Assembly (NCBI GenBank): GCA_024279715.1
Contig: JAJRRH010000106.1
Span: 17,102 to 81,101, forward strand
Reading direction: 5' to 3'
DNA length: 64,000 nt
Source: Bacteroidota bacterium
GTDB lineage: Bacteria > Bacteroidota > Bacteroidia > Flavobacteriales_D > JABDKJ01
The notes beneath the pieces were generated by a model. It did not search any database. It was not told the origin of the DNA and saw only the letters and a program-made list of their open reading frames with translations. Positions within the stretch are counted from its first letter, which is position 1. Every line of letters starts with the position of its first letter. The translations under genes and the position numbers were made by a program. This document shows positions 25,617-35,099 of the stretch, one piece after another.

Positions 25617-27143
25617 ATGTCTAACAAGAAAGTAAGGGTGCGATTTGCACCAAGTCCCACAGGACCTTTACATATTGGTGGTGTCAGAACCGCACTGTAT
25701 AATTACCTATTTGCCAAACATCATGGCGGTGATTTTTTACTACGTATTGAGGATACGGATCAGAAAAGATTTGTTGAAGGAGCAGAGGAATACATTATAG
25801 AATCATTGAAATGGTTGGGAATAGAGCCCAATGAAGGTCAGGGTTATGGTGGTAACAAAGGGCCTTACAAACAGTCAGAGCGCATGGGAATGTACCGCCA
25901 ATATGCTGACCAATTAATCGAAAGTGGTCATGGATACTATGCATTTGATACAAGTGAGGAGCTCGTGGATATTAGAGAAAAAGCGAACAAAGCTGGGGTA
26001 AGTTCTTGGAAATACAACCACATCACTCGAAATTCGATGAAAAATTCACTTACCTTACCCAAGGATGAAGTAGAGAAAAGATTACAGAATGGAGATCCGT
26101 ATGTGATTAGAATTAAACTTCCACGAGAAGAAGATGTACGTGTTAATGACACCATTCGTGGATGGGTAGTGGTGAATACAAAACAAATGGATGATAAGGT
26201 ACTTGTGAAGAATGATGGTTTACCTACGTATCATTTGGCAAATATTGTAGATGACCATTTGATGGGAATAACTCATGTTATTCGTGGAGAGGAATGGTTG
26301 CCTTCTGCGCCATTACATGTATTACTGTACAGATACTTGGGTTGGGAAGCGCCTGAGTTCGCTCATTTATCATTGATTCTTAAGCCAACAGGAAAGGGCA
26401 AGCTAAGTAAAAGGGACGGTGACAAAGGCGGCTTTCCAGTATTTCCAATAAACTATACAGTACCTGATAGTGGTGATATATTGGCTGGTTACCGAGAGGC
26501 GGGGTATTTTCCTGAGGCTGTTGTCAATCTTTTGGCTTTCCTTGGATGGAATCCTGGGACTACACAAGAGATTTTTAGTCTCGGAGAGCTGATAAATTCT
26601 TTTGATCTTGATCGAGTAGGTAAATCCGGTGCTAAATTTGATCCAGACAAAGCTAAATGGTACAATCAACAATATTTACGTATGAAATCTAATGATTTTT
26701 TAGCTGATCAATTTGCGGAAGTTCTACGTACAAAGGGTATCGATGTAGATCGTTCTACGTTGGTTAAGTCTGTTGGTCTTTTGAAAGAACGCGCTGTTTT
26801 CGTAGAGGATATGATGGAAGGGTTGTATTTATTTGAAAAACCAACTTCCTATGATGAGAAAACGGTCAAAAAGAAATGGAAAGATCAAACACCGGGTATT
26901 ATGAAAGACTTGGGTGATAAAATCATGGATAGTGAACCATTTGTAGCTTCAAATATAGAATTGATATTTAAATCTTACTTGACGGATAATGAATTAGGAA
27001 TGGGTGCCGTGATGCCAAATCTGAGGTTGCTTTTGACTGGAAAAGGAATGGGTCCTTCCTTGTTTGAAATCATTGAAATTCTAGGTAAAAAGGAGATGAC
27101 AACAAGAATTGAAGAAGGTATAAAAAGGATTACAAATGGGTAG
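25617..27143 (+). CDS. gltX: glutamate--tRNA ligase
   Basis: HIGH-type motif PTGPLHIGGVRTA and KMSKS-type motif GKLSKRDG. 508 aa. Confidence 0.95.
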   Translation: MSNKKVRVRFAPSPTGPLHIGGVRTALYNYLFAKHHGGDFLLRIEDTDQKRFVEGAEEYIIESLKWLGIEPNEGQGYGGNKGPYKQSERMGMYRQYADQLIESGHGYYAFDTSEELVDIREKANKAGVSSWKYNHITRNSMKNSLTLPKDEVEKRLQNGDPYVIRIKLPREEDVRVNDTIRGWVVVNTKQMDDKVLVKNDGLPTYHLANIVDDHLMGITHVIRGEEWLPSAPLHVLLYRYLGWEAPEFAHLSLILKPTGKGKLSKRDGDKGGFPVFPINYTVPDSGDILAGYREAGYFPEAVVNLLAFLGWNPGTTQEIFSLGELINSFDLDRVGKSGAKFDPDKAKWYNQQYLRMKSNDFLADQFAEVLRTKGIDVDRSTLVKSVGLLKERAVFVEDMMEGLYLFEKPTSYDEKTVKKKWKDQTPGIMKDLGDKIMDSEPFVASNIELIFKSYLTDNELGMGAVMPNLRLLLTGKGMGPSLFEIIEILGKKEMTTRIEEGIKRITNG

Positions 27144-27495
27144 AATTAATATTAATGGTATAAAATCTCATTCGTTTCATGGTTGTATGGATGAAGAATC
27201 GAAGATTGGAGCTGATTATATAGTCGATGTAGAAATAGATTCCGACTTTTTAGAAGCTGCTTTATTGGATGATTTGGATAAAACTGTGGATTATGTACAA
27301 GTAAATAAAATTGTCGAGCAAGAGATGGGTATTCGCTCTAAACTAATAGAAACCGTGGGTTATCGGATTACAAGCAGGATAATTAAGGATATTCCTTTGG
27401 CTCAAAAAGCCACTGCTATCGTTCATAAAATAAATCCTCCGATTAACGGTAACGTTGATTCTGTCAGCATTACTGTAACTTCTATTAGAGAATAA
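27136..27495 (+). CDS. folB: dihydroneopterin aldolase
   Basis: 119 aa with FolB-like GxxxEE..G pattern (HGCMDEESKIG) and DYxxV. Overlaps the gltX stop by 8 nt. Confidence 0.75.
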   Translation: MGRININGIKSHSFHGCMDEESKIGADYIVDVEIDSDFLEAALLDDLDKTVDYVQVNKIVEQEMGIRSKLIETVGYRITSRIIKDIPLAQKATAIVHKINPPINGNVDSVSITVTSIRE

Positions 27496-27539
27496 CGTAA
27501 AAATTACTGCAAAGTCATTGATTTATGATTTGTAAATGA

Positions 27540-27547
27540 TAACTTTG
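27540..27547 (+). promoter_or_regulatory. candidate -7 box TAACTTTG for tRNA-Cys
   Basis: Matches TAnnTTTG and ends 18 nt before the tRNA 5' end. A partial -33 element (caTTG) lies about 21 nt upstream. Confidence 0.45.
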
Positions 27548-27565
27548 CATTCCTAAAAAAAATTA

Positions 27566-27636
27566 GGTCGGGTGGCCGAGTGGCTAGGCAGTGGTCTGCA
27601 ACACCATCTACAGCGGTTCGAATCCGCTCTCGACCT
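27566..27636 (+). tRNA. tRNA-Cys (anticodon GCA)
   Basis: Cloverleaf folded by hand. Acceptor GGTCGGG/CTCGACC with one G-U. Anticodon stem GTGGT/ACCAT with loop CTGCAAC. 4-nt variable loop. T-arm AGCGG-TTCGAAT-CCGCT. Discriminator U, the known tRNA-Cys identity element. No encoded CCA. Confidence 0.9.
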
Positions 27637-27640
27637 CAAG

Positions 27641-27676
27641 AAGACTTTCTATCAATTGATAGAAGGTCTTTTTTTT
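27641..27676 (+). terminator. rho-independent terminator after tRNA-Cys
   Basis: 12-13 bp stem AAGACTTTCTATC / GATAGAAGGTCTT with one G-U, loop AATT, followed by a run of 8 T. Confidence 0.85.
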
Positions 27677-27744
27677 ATATAAAAGTTTCTTATTCATCAT
27701 CGATAACATTAATTGGTAAAAATAAATGTTCAACAGATCTCGTA

Positions 27745-28587
27745 CTATATATCCAATACGGAGTTAATGAATGATGTTGATTTAGGATTTAGTATCATTA
27801 CCGGAACTTGTGCCTCGTTCATCAAAATACGCTCTACATAATTATTTCCTAGAATACCCATAAGACTATTCTCTTTTAAATTCATTATGGTAATTAAATC
27901 CGCCTCAATGGAAGCTGCATGATGAATTATTCCGTCATCAAAATCACCAGCATCTTTGTCACTTATAGTGGCTGTATGCTCAATTCCTTGTTCCTTGAAG
28001 TACTGTTTAGCAAAAGCCAAGTTTCGATTCAACTTATTTGAAAGGAATTCGTCTTTTTCATTAGGAATAATTAAATGCACCCTAGATTTAAAGTATTGCG
28101 CCATTTCACTCACAATGGTAAGTTTTTGTTTGGTTTCTGTATGTAGATCTAGTGGTACTACAATATCATCGTAACCTTCCTCCTTAATGGCGCGATTCTG
28201 AACAATCACAAAGGGAATTCGTGAACTCGAAACGATTCGTAAGGCTCTACTACCTGTTAGAAACTGTAATCCTTTCCGTCCGTGAGTTCCCATAATAATT
28301 AGCTCCGATCCAGATTTATCGGCTAAATCGCCAATATCATCAAAAATACTTCCTTCTATTGCCATTGTATTAATAATGATATCTGGGTGTATCTTATTGG
28401 CTTGCGTTCGAATAATACTCATTCGCATCAAAGAATCTTCTTTATCAGAGATTCTATTAACTACATGCACAAGATTAACCTCAGCTCCAATGGTCTTAGC
28501 GACCTTTATAGCGTGATTAAGCGATGTTTCTGACACTTTAGAGAAATCCGTAGGAACTAATATATTTTTCTTCATTTGGTGATTCAT
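27745..28587 (-). CDS. universal stress protein (tandem Usp domains)
   Basis: 280 aa with two Usp-like halves and an ATP-binding-type motif GTHGRKG. Confidence 0.8.
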   Translation of the reverse strand: MNHQMKKNILVPTDFSKVSETSLNHAIKVAKTIGAEVNLVHVVNRISDKEDSLMRMSIIRTQANKIHPDIIINTMAIEGSIFDDIGDLADKSGSELIIMGTHGRKGLQFLTGSRALRIVSSSRIPFVIVQNRAIKEEGYDDIVVPLDLHTETKQKLTIVSEMAQYFKSRVHLIIPNEKDEFLSNKLNRNLAFAKQYFKEQGIEHTATISDKDAGDFDDGIIHHAASIEADLITIMNLKENSLMGILGNNYVERILMNEAQVPVMILNPKSTSFINSVLDI

Positions 28588-28643
28588 TGTTAGCTGTAAA
28601 AATATATAATTGTTTGATATATCTATAACAAATAATTAATTAT

Positions 28644-29555
28644 TTACATCATCAGTAAGTATTTAATTTCTTTCTGATCTAAGAATCTCCAATTTCCTCT
28701 TGGTAGATTTTTTTTTGTTAGTCCAGCAAATAATACGCAATCTATTTGCATTACCTCTAGACCTAAAATAGTGAACATCTGTTTTATCAATCTACTTTCT
28801 CCCATGTGAATCTCAATTCCAACAGTACGCTTCCCTTTCCCAGCATAATCCACCTTATCCACCTTAATGGTAGTACCTTCAATCAATATTCCTTCCCGCA
28901 TTTTTCTTAACTGCGGTACACTTACTTCATTGTCCAAGGTTACAGAATAGACTTTTGGAGCACCGTGAACATAATGGTTTAATTTTTTGGCTAAGGTTAA
29001 ATCATTCGTCATTAACAACACCCCAGTAGTAGATCTACCCAATCTATCCACAGGATACAAACGTTCTTTACAAGCGGATCCCATAAGGTTAAGAACTGTT
29101 TTCTTTTTCCTCGGGTCATCTACGGTACTGGTAAACCCTTTAGGTTTATTGATTAGTAAGTATTTCAACTTTTCGCCATTTAGAAGTTGGTCTTCATAAT
29201 GAATACGATCTAGAATAGGGTCTATCTTCGTTCCTAATTCTGTGATAATTTTACCATTAACCTTTATTACACCAACCGCTATTAGATCATCAGCCTCTCG
29301 CCGTGAACAAATACCACTATGTGCAATGAATCTATTCAAACGAATAAGTTTATCATCCTTCTTAATTGCATTCACCTGTGAACCATCCTTTCGGACAACT
29401 CTGAAATTTTTTTTTATCTTTCCTTTATAGGGTTCCCGTTTACCATCTGATTTTGGTTTAAAACCGTCTTTCCTAGTGGAATTTCTGCCCTTTTGAACGG
29501 GTTTTGAAGATTTGTTTACTCGTTTTTTCATAATTTTAATGAGGATAGAAAGCAC
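28644..29555 (-). CDS. rRNA pseudouridine synthase (RsuA/RluB family) with a basic N-terminal extension
   Basis: S4 domain (IRLNRFIAHSGICSRREAD) and the catalytic motif VDRLGRSTTGVLLMTND. The true start is probably the internal MKKRVNK. Confidence 0.85.
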   Translation of the reverse strand: MLSILIKIMKKRVNKSSKPVQKGRNSTRKDGFKPKSDGKREPYKGKIKKNFRVVRKDGSQVNAIKKDDKLIRLNRFIAHSGICSRREADDLIAVGVIKVNGKIITELGTKIDPILDRIHYEDQLLNGEKLKYLLINKPKGFTSTVDDPRKKKTVLNLMGSACKERLYPVDRLGRSTTGVLLMTNDLTLAKKLNHYVHGAPKVYSVTLDNEVSVPQLRKMREGILIEGTTIKVDKVDYAGKGKRTVGIEIHMGESRLIKQMFTILGLEVMQIDCVLFAGLTKKNLPRGNWRFLDQKEIKYLLMM

Positions 29556-29895
29556 TTTCTACGTGCTTAAATGATTTTTCTTTGGTATTCATAATTATAG
29601 CAACTATATCAAATCTCAACTCCTTATCCGTACTATTTGCTTCAATATATGCCTGTGCTGCTCTCACAATTCTTTTTTGTTTTCCGATATTTACCGTCGA
29701 TTCTGGTTCTCCAGCATATCTGTTGGCTCTAGTTTTTACTTCTACAAACGCAATGATTTCAGGGTTTTCTATGATTAAATCTATTTCATCACGTTTATAA
29801 CGCCAGTTTTTTTCACGTATGGTGTAACCCTTCTTACTTAATTCCGTAGAAGCATAGTGTTCACCCGCAATTCCAAGTGCATTGTGTTGAGCCAA
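29536..29895 (-). CDS. YraN family (UPF0102) endonuclease-like protein
   Basis: 119 aa with a PD-(D/E)xK-like pattern: EIDLI...FVEVK. Confidence 0.75.
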   Translation of the reverse strand: MAQHNALGIAGEHYASTELSKKGYTIREKNWRYKRDEIDLIIENPEIIAFVEVKTRANRYAGEPESTVNIGKQKRIVRAAQAYIEANSTDKELRFDIVAIIMNTKEKSFKHVESAFYPH

Positions 29896-29933
29896 ATTTA
29901 TAAAAATTAATAAAAATTTAAAAACGCAAAATT

Positions 29934-30581
29934 ATGAAAGTATTGAGACTATTATCATTAATTATTATTTTTTCTGGAACATTCTTTGTTTCAAACGCAC
30001 AAGGGTTTGAAGGTTCCATAGAATTTTCAAAAACTATTGGCCCTGTTGAAGCTAAATATATCTACCACGTTAAAGGGGATGATATCAGAGTAGAAGAATT
30101 AGACGAATCAGGTCAAATTCAAGGTATTATGCTTATAGACATTGCTGCCAATAAAGTAATTGCTTTGAGTCCAGAAAGACAAATGTACATTGATGTACCT
30201 AATAGAAGAAAAGCTAGAGAGGTAAATATTGATTATACAAAGACGGCAAACGTTAAAGAAATTAACGGTTATCAATGTCAGGAGTGGAAAGTAGTAAGCA
30301 AAGACGATGGAAGAAGCATCGTTTATTGGGTAGCTTCAGGAAAATTTGAATTTTTCAAAGGCATGCTAGAAACTTTAAACAGAAAAGACAAGATGGCAGT
30401 TATGTTCTTGAATATCAAAGAGATTACGGATGGTTTTCCAATGGAAGGTCAAGAGGTGAAGAGTGATGGAGTAGAGCTAACTAATCTTAAAGTAACAAGT
30501 ATGACAGAAGAGAAATTGGATGATAGTATATTTGTTATTCCAGCTGGTTATACTAAGTTCGAAAGAACAGCAAATAAATAA
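29934..30581 (+). CDS. secreted DUF4412-like protein
   Basis: Signal peptide MKVLRLLSLIIIFSGTFFVSNAQ. 215 aa, beta-rich. The family call is tentative. Confidence 0.5.
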   Translation: MKVLRLLSLIIIFSGTFFVSNAQGFEGSIEFSKTIGPVEAKYIYHVKGDDIRVEELDESGQIQGIMLIDIAANKVIALSPERQMYIDVPNRRKAREVNIDYTKTANVKEINGYQCQEWKVVSKDDGRSIVYWVASGKFEFFKGMLETLNRKDKMAVMFLNIKEITDGFPMEGQEVKSDGVELTNLKVTSMTEEKLDDSIFVIPAGYTKFERTANK

Positions 30582-30613
30582 TTAGTCACATACGTAATTT
30601 TTATAGATACTTT

Positions 30614-30645
30614 GGACGGTTTGAATTTATCAAACCGTCCTTTTT
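30614..30645 (+). terminator. rho-independent terminator
   Basis: GGACGGTTTGA-ATTTA-TCAAACCGTCC is a perfect 11-bp stem, followed by TTTTT. Confidence 0.85.
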
Positions 30646-30728
30646 ATATTCAATTATAACTTTAATAAAACTATGATTATAATCTATTTTTAGGTTATTT
30701 AGCTAACACCATTTAGTCTTGTATAAGA

Positions 30729-31637
30729 CTAGGTGGATTTATTGTTTTGTACAAACACACAACCGTTATTGTTAACGTTAATTTGAGTGTCTATACCCAT
30801 AAATAAAGCTCGATTATCATCCAAATGACCAGCAGGAAAACCAAAAACGATAGGGAAGTCATAATCCTTTGTAGCATTTATAATTATCTCTTCCGCACTA
30901 TACCCAAAAGGAACGACATTATCATTCATTTTGGTCATTCCACCAACAATTAAGCCCTTTAGCTTGTCAAATTTTCCATTTCTTTTCAAATTCATCATCA
31001 TTCTATCAATATGATAGAGATACTCGTCCAAATCCTCAATAAAAAGGATCTTTCCATCGGTATTTACATCAGATTTACTGCCCAATAAACTATATAGAAT
31101 AGATAAATTCCCACCAATAAGCTTCCCATTGGCTTTTCCAGGCCGATTATTGACGTGCTTACTAGTAGATATTCTATTTTCTCCTCCAAAAAGCAGTTTT
31201 TTTAAGGATAGGAGAGCCTTTTGGGTGTTATTTGGAAAATTTATAGGCATTGTAGCGTGAATACTAGGAATATTTAAACTACTCAAGTGACTATGAAAAA
31301 CGGTTATATCACTATAGCCAATAAACCACTTAGGGTTATGTATGAGATGGGAATAATCAATAAAATCAACCACTTGTACGGATCCATACCCACCTCTTGC
31401 AAATAATACGGCCTTGACCATAGGGTCGCTTATAGCTTGCTGAATATCAGAAGATCTATCATTGTAAGTGCCAGCAAATTGATAGAATATCTTATGTATA
31501 TTTGCTCCTAATGTGACTTTTAAACCCCACGACTCTAACTCTGTTATTGAACTTATTAATTCCGTTGGAGAAACTGCTCTAGCAGAAGAAACTATTCGAA
31601 TTTCATCTCCTTTTTTCAAAAAATATGGTTGTTTCAC
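30729..31637 (-). CDS. LD-carboxypeptidase (peptidase S66, LdcA-like)
   Basis: 302 aa with the nucleophile motif FIGYSDITVFH and a C-terminal FGFPAGH motif. Confidence 0.85.
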   Translation of the reverse strand: MKQPYFLKKGDEIRIVSSARAVSPTELISSITELESWGLKVTLGANIHKIFYQFAGTYNDRSSDIQQAISDPMVKAVLFARGGYGSVQVVDFIDYSHLIHNPKWFIGYSDITVFHSHLSSLNIPSIHATMPINFPNNTQKALLSLKKLLFGGENRISTSKHVNNRPGKANGKLIGGNLSILYSLLGSKSDVNTDGKILFIEDLDEYLYHIDRMMMNLKRNGKFDKLKGLIVGGMTKMNDNVVPFGYSAEEIIINATKDYDFPIVFGFPAGHLDDNRALFMGIDTQINVNNNGCVFVQNNKST

Positions 31638-31789
31638 AAATGTGTGCGTTTAATTCATAAAATTGTGTTGAAAACATACGAATATAGTCCAAGTCATGTA
31701 ACAATTAATACTTTCTTTCGTATATGCTGTATGAATGCAAAAGAGTTGGGCTAACTCATTATATTTATGAATGCAATTATACAGAATAG

Positions 31790-34420
31790 TTGATGAAATT
31801 ACGAAATACAAATACAATAAATAAACTACGAAGACTAGGAGCTGTAATGCTATTTAGTTTGATAGTTATGGGAGGTTTCGCTCAAATCAAGAAGGGAGAT
31901 AAGATGTTCAGTAAATTTGAATATGAAAAGGCCCTATTTGCTTATGAGAAAGAGTATAACTCAGAAAGCACACCCAATCCGTATCTTACCCGAAGAATAG
32001 GATTAACCTACAGAAAATTAGGTGATATTGAATCCTCGGCAATTTGGTTTAAGAGAACTTTGGATTTAGATCAGACAAATAATACTGATTATTTGTACTA
32101 TGCTGAAGCATTGAAATACTTAAAAGAGTATGAGAAATCGATAGAATACTATAAGATATACTCCGAAAAAGTTCCAAATGACAGTAGAGCACTTGAACAC
32201 TTGGTAGATGATCGTTTTTACGAGAAATTGTTGACAGATACGTCACAATTTACGATTAATAGGCTCAAGATGAATAGTGAAATAGCCTCATTTGGAATCA
32301 CAAAGTATCGAGACAAGTATTTGTTCTCTTCTACAGGTACTCCTAATCCAGAAGTTACACAGAGTTACGGTATATTTGAAGATAATCCCTACTTAGATAT
32401 ATTTACCGCTAAAAAAGACGAGAATTCGGAGTTTATAGACGTTTTACGCCTTGAGGGTGAAATAAATTCGAAATATCATGATGGTCCAATTTGCTACGAC
32501 AATGTAAATGGACAACTATATGTTACACGAAATAATGTGAAAAGAGGTCGACCAGTTAAGGATGCTGTGGGTAAAGTAAACCTCAAGATATACATCTTTG
32601 ATGAATTAGAAGACGGAAAATGGAGTAATGGAGAGGAAATATCATTTAATAGTAATGATTATTCGGTTGCTCACCCATCCATCACTAATGACGGTAACTT
32701 GCTGTATTTCAGCTCTAATATGGTAGGTGGATATGGAGGTACAGACATCTATGTGTCTAAAAGAAAAGAAGGTGGCTCTTGGAGTGAACCTCTAAATCTA
32801 GGGCCACAGATTAACACGGAAGGAGATGAATCATTTCCATTTATAAGTGCCTCAGGATCATTGTATTTTTCTTCGGATGGACATCCAGGACTTGGGGGAT
32901 TAGATGTTTTCAAGACGGAGAAACTTAATGGAAAATGGATGAATCCTATTAATTTAGCTCACCCAATAAATTCTGAGAAAGATGATATAGGGTTTATGAC
33001 TGAAGAGGATGAAAAAAGTGGTTACTTTAGCTCTAACAGAGATGAAAATAGAATTGGAGATGACATTTATTCCTTCCATTTTACCCCATTAATAAAAATA
33101 AACGCTTTTGTTGAAGACAAATACACAATGCTACCGTTGGAAGGTGTTATTGCTAAAATCTATGACGAAGGTGGATTTGTAGTGTTTGAAGGGGAAAGTG
33201 ATGAGAATGGCTACTTAGAAGTGAGTGTCATTAAAGGTAAGTGCAATTACACGTTGAAAATTGGTGACAATTTAGACCAAAAAGCCTATGATTTTGACTT
33301 AAACCTATGTGATGACGAATATCTAAAGAACAATAGTCTTGACTTGGGTACGCTGTCTTTTGGTGAAATGGATTATACAGTAGTAATGGATGTTCGCGAT
33401 ATTGATAATAACACATTGTATCCAGGAGCGATTGCTAAAGTATTTGACCCAGTCACAGGAGAATTACTGTACGAGGGATCTGTGGATGAAAATGGTGAGA
33501 TAGCATTTGATTTTAAACCAGATACGGATTACAAAATTCAAATTGATCATAATGATTTCGAGCCAATCGTTCAAAACATAAACACCAAAGGTTTAGCAGA
33601 AAAGAACATAGAACTAAGTTTATTAATGGATACTATGATACCAAAGGGTATTCCTGATGTAGAAATAGACTTTAATCTAGCTTTAACGGTACAAGATAGA
33701 CGTAATAATGAACTCATAGCAGATGTTTATGCTGAAATTTTTGATGCGGAGACCAAAGAATTGATATTTGGCGCACTAGTGTCTGAAAATGCAGCTATTA
33801 GCCTAGCGCTTAAAAAAGATAGGGATTATAAAGTTCTTGTTTCTCATGGCGATTACCAGTCATCCTCTACTACATTCTCTACACATGATGTTACTGGAGA
33901 TAACATTAAAGTGAATATGACTTTAGATGTTAAGACCGATGATGTAGTAAGCGTTGACTTAGAGAGTATTTACTATAATTTCGATAAATCAGATATTAGA
34001 GATGATGCCAAAATAGCCTTGGACAAACTAGTTGGTTTTATGAAGGCTAATCCTAATGTTAGAATAGGTATGGACAGTCATACAGACTCTAGAGGAACGA
34101 ACGCTTACAATATGGCTTTATCGGATAGAAGAGAACGCTCAGCATTAAACTACCTACTTAAAGCCGGTATTGATGCTTCGAGATTAACAAATGAACATCA
34201 TGGTGAGCAACAGTTGGTTAATAATTGTACAGACAATGTTAAATGTACTAAAAATGCCCATCAGTTGAACCGTAGAACGACATTTACCATACTTAATCCT
34301 GATGCATTGGCGTCAAATATAAACGTTGAGGATACAGAACTAGAAATAGCACTTGATAGCGATCAAGATACTGATTCTACTGACTTTTCTAATGGATATA
34401 ATATGCAAACGATGGCGTAA
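31790..34420 (+). CDS. OmpA family protein with TPR, TolB-like beta-propeller repeats and three CarboxypepD_reg-like repeats
   Basis: C-terminal OmpA domain (NFDKSDIR...HTDSRGTNAYNMALSDRRERSALNYL...NRRTTF). WD40-like/TolB repeats (AHPSITNDGNLLYFSS, GGTDIYVS). Three repeats of about 90 aa (AKVFDPVTGELLYEGSVDENGEI and similar). Confidence 0.85.
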   Translation: MMKLRNTNTINKLRRLGAVMLFSLIVMGGFAQIKKGDKMFSKFEYEKALFAYEKEYNSESTPNPYLTRRIGLTYRKLGDIESSAIWFKRTLDLDQTNNTDYLYYAEALKYLKEYEKSIEYYKIYSEKVPNDSRALEHLVDDRFYEKLLTDTSQFTINRLKMNSEIASFGITKYRDKYLFSSTGTPNPEVTQSYGIFEDNPYLDIFTAKKDENSEFIDVLRLEGEINSKYHDGPICYDNVNGQLYVTRNNVKRGRPVKDAVGKVNLKIYIFDELEDGKWSNGEEISFNSNDYSVAHPSITNDGNLLYFSSNMVGGYGGTDIYVSKRKEGGSWSEPLNLGPQINTEGDESFPFISASGSLYFSSDGHPGLGGLDVFKTEKLNGKWMNPINLAHPINSEKDDIGFMTEEDEKSGYFSSNRDENRIGDDIYSFHFTPLIKINAFVEDKYTMLPLEGVIAKIYDEGGFVVFEGESDENGYLEVSVIKGKCNYTLKIGDNLDQKAYDFDLNLCDDEYLKNNSLDLGTLSFGEMDYTVVMDVRDIDNNTLYPGAIAKVFDPVTGELLYEGSVDENGEIAFDFKPDTDYKIQIDHNDFEPIVQNINTKGLAEKNIELSLLMDTMIPKGIPDVEIDFNLALTVQDRRNNELIADVYAEIFDAETKELIFGALVSENAAISLALKKDRDYKVLVSHGDYQSSSTTFSTHDVTGDNIKVNMTLDVKTDDVVSVDLESIYYNFDKSDIRDDAKIALDKLVGFMKANPNVRIGMDSHTDSRGTNAYNMALSDRRERSALNYLLKAGIDASRLTNEHHGEQQLVNNCTDNVKCTKNAHQLNRRTTFTILNPDALASNINVEDTELEIALDSDQDTDSTDFSNGYNMQTMA

Positions 34421-34441
34421 TTTGTGAAATAAAGGTAATTA

Positions 34442-34473
34442 TTTGAACATTACCTTCACTTGTCTTATTTTTG
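34442..34473 (+). promoter_or_regulatory. Bacteroidota promoter TTTG-N20-TATTTTTG for the cys operon
   Basis: TTTG at 34442..34445 and TATTTTTG at 34466..34473. The -7 box overlaps the track's TTG start at 34471, which argues for ATG 34489 as the real cysC start. Confidence 0.5.
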
Positions 34474-34488
34474 CCCAACGTAAGACAA

Positions 34489-35099
34489 ATGATGGCGACG
34501 GAAAATATACACCCAATTACAACAAGAATTCTTTCTAAAAGTGAGAAAGAAGCTGCTTTACAACAGAAAGCTGTTACCGTTTGGTTTACAGGACTTTCCG
34601 GATCAGGTAAAAGTACTATTGCTAATTTACTAGAACGTAAATTAAGTGAAAATGGTCGTATATGTACGCTATTAGACGGAGATAATATTCGTAATAGTAT
34701 TAATGCGGACTTAGGCTTTTCAGAATTGATAGAAAAGAAAATATAAGGCGAATTGCTGAAGTAAATAAATTATTCAATAATGCTGGTATAATCAGTATCA
34801 GTTCTTTTATTAGCCCTACAAAAGAAATGCGTAGCATGGCGAAGGATATTATTGGAAATGAATGCTTTATAGAAATTTACATTTCAACAAGTCTAGGAAT
34901 TTGCGAGAAAAGAGACGTTAAAGGTCTTTACCGCAAAGCTAGAAATGGAGAAATTCGTAATTTCACTGGCATAGACTCACCTTATGAGCCACCATCCACA
35001 CCTAATTTTACATTAAATACCTCATCTATAGATCCTGTCCGTAGTCTTGAGGAGATATATCAAAAAATTTATCAATTAACCTCCTTTATTGATGAATAG
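34489..35099 (+). pseudogene. cysC: adenylyl-sulfate kinase CysC, disrupted by a 1-nt frameshift near 34724-34726
   Basis: The first part carries the P-loop GLSGSGKST and LDGDNIR...DLGFSE, then stops after 5 more codons. The conserved continuation IDRKENIRRIAEVNKLFNNAGIISISSFISPTKEMR reads from 34725 in the -1 frame and runs into the second track ORF (34827..35099). Confidence 0.85.

Noticed and set aside
27580-27774. 64-aa ORF overlapping tRNA-Cys and its terminator
   Set aside because: It starts inside the tRNA and reads through the terminator hairpin, so it is spurious.
34432-34456. Hairpin AAGGTAAT-N9-ATTACCTT after the OmpA-family gene as a terminator
   Set aside because: AT-rich 8-bp stem with a 9-nt loop and no adjacent T-run. 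It also overlaps the cys promoter -33 box. Too weak to call.
34724-34730. Programmed ribosomal frameshift in cysC
   Set aside because: No slippery heptamer and no downstream pseudoknot or hairpin. A simple loss of one A explains it, so mutation or a homopolymer read error is more likely.
34827-35099. Stand-alone 90-aa gene
   Set aside because: Its frame is open upstream to about 34725 and encodes the conserved middle and C-terminal part of APS kinase. It is the second half of the frameshifted cysC.
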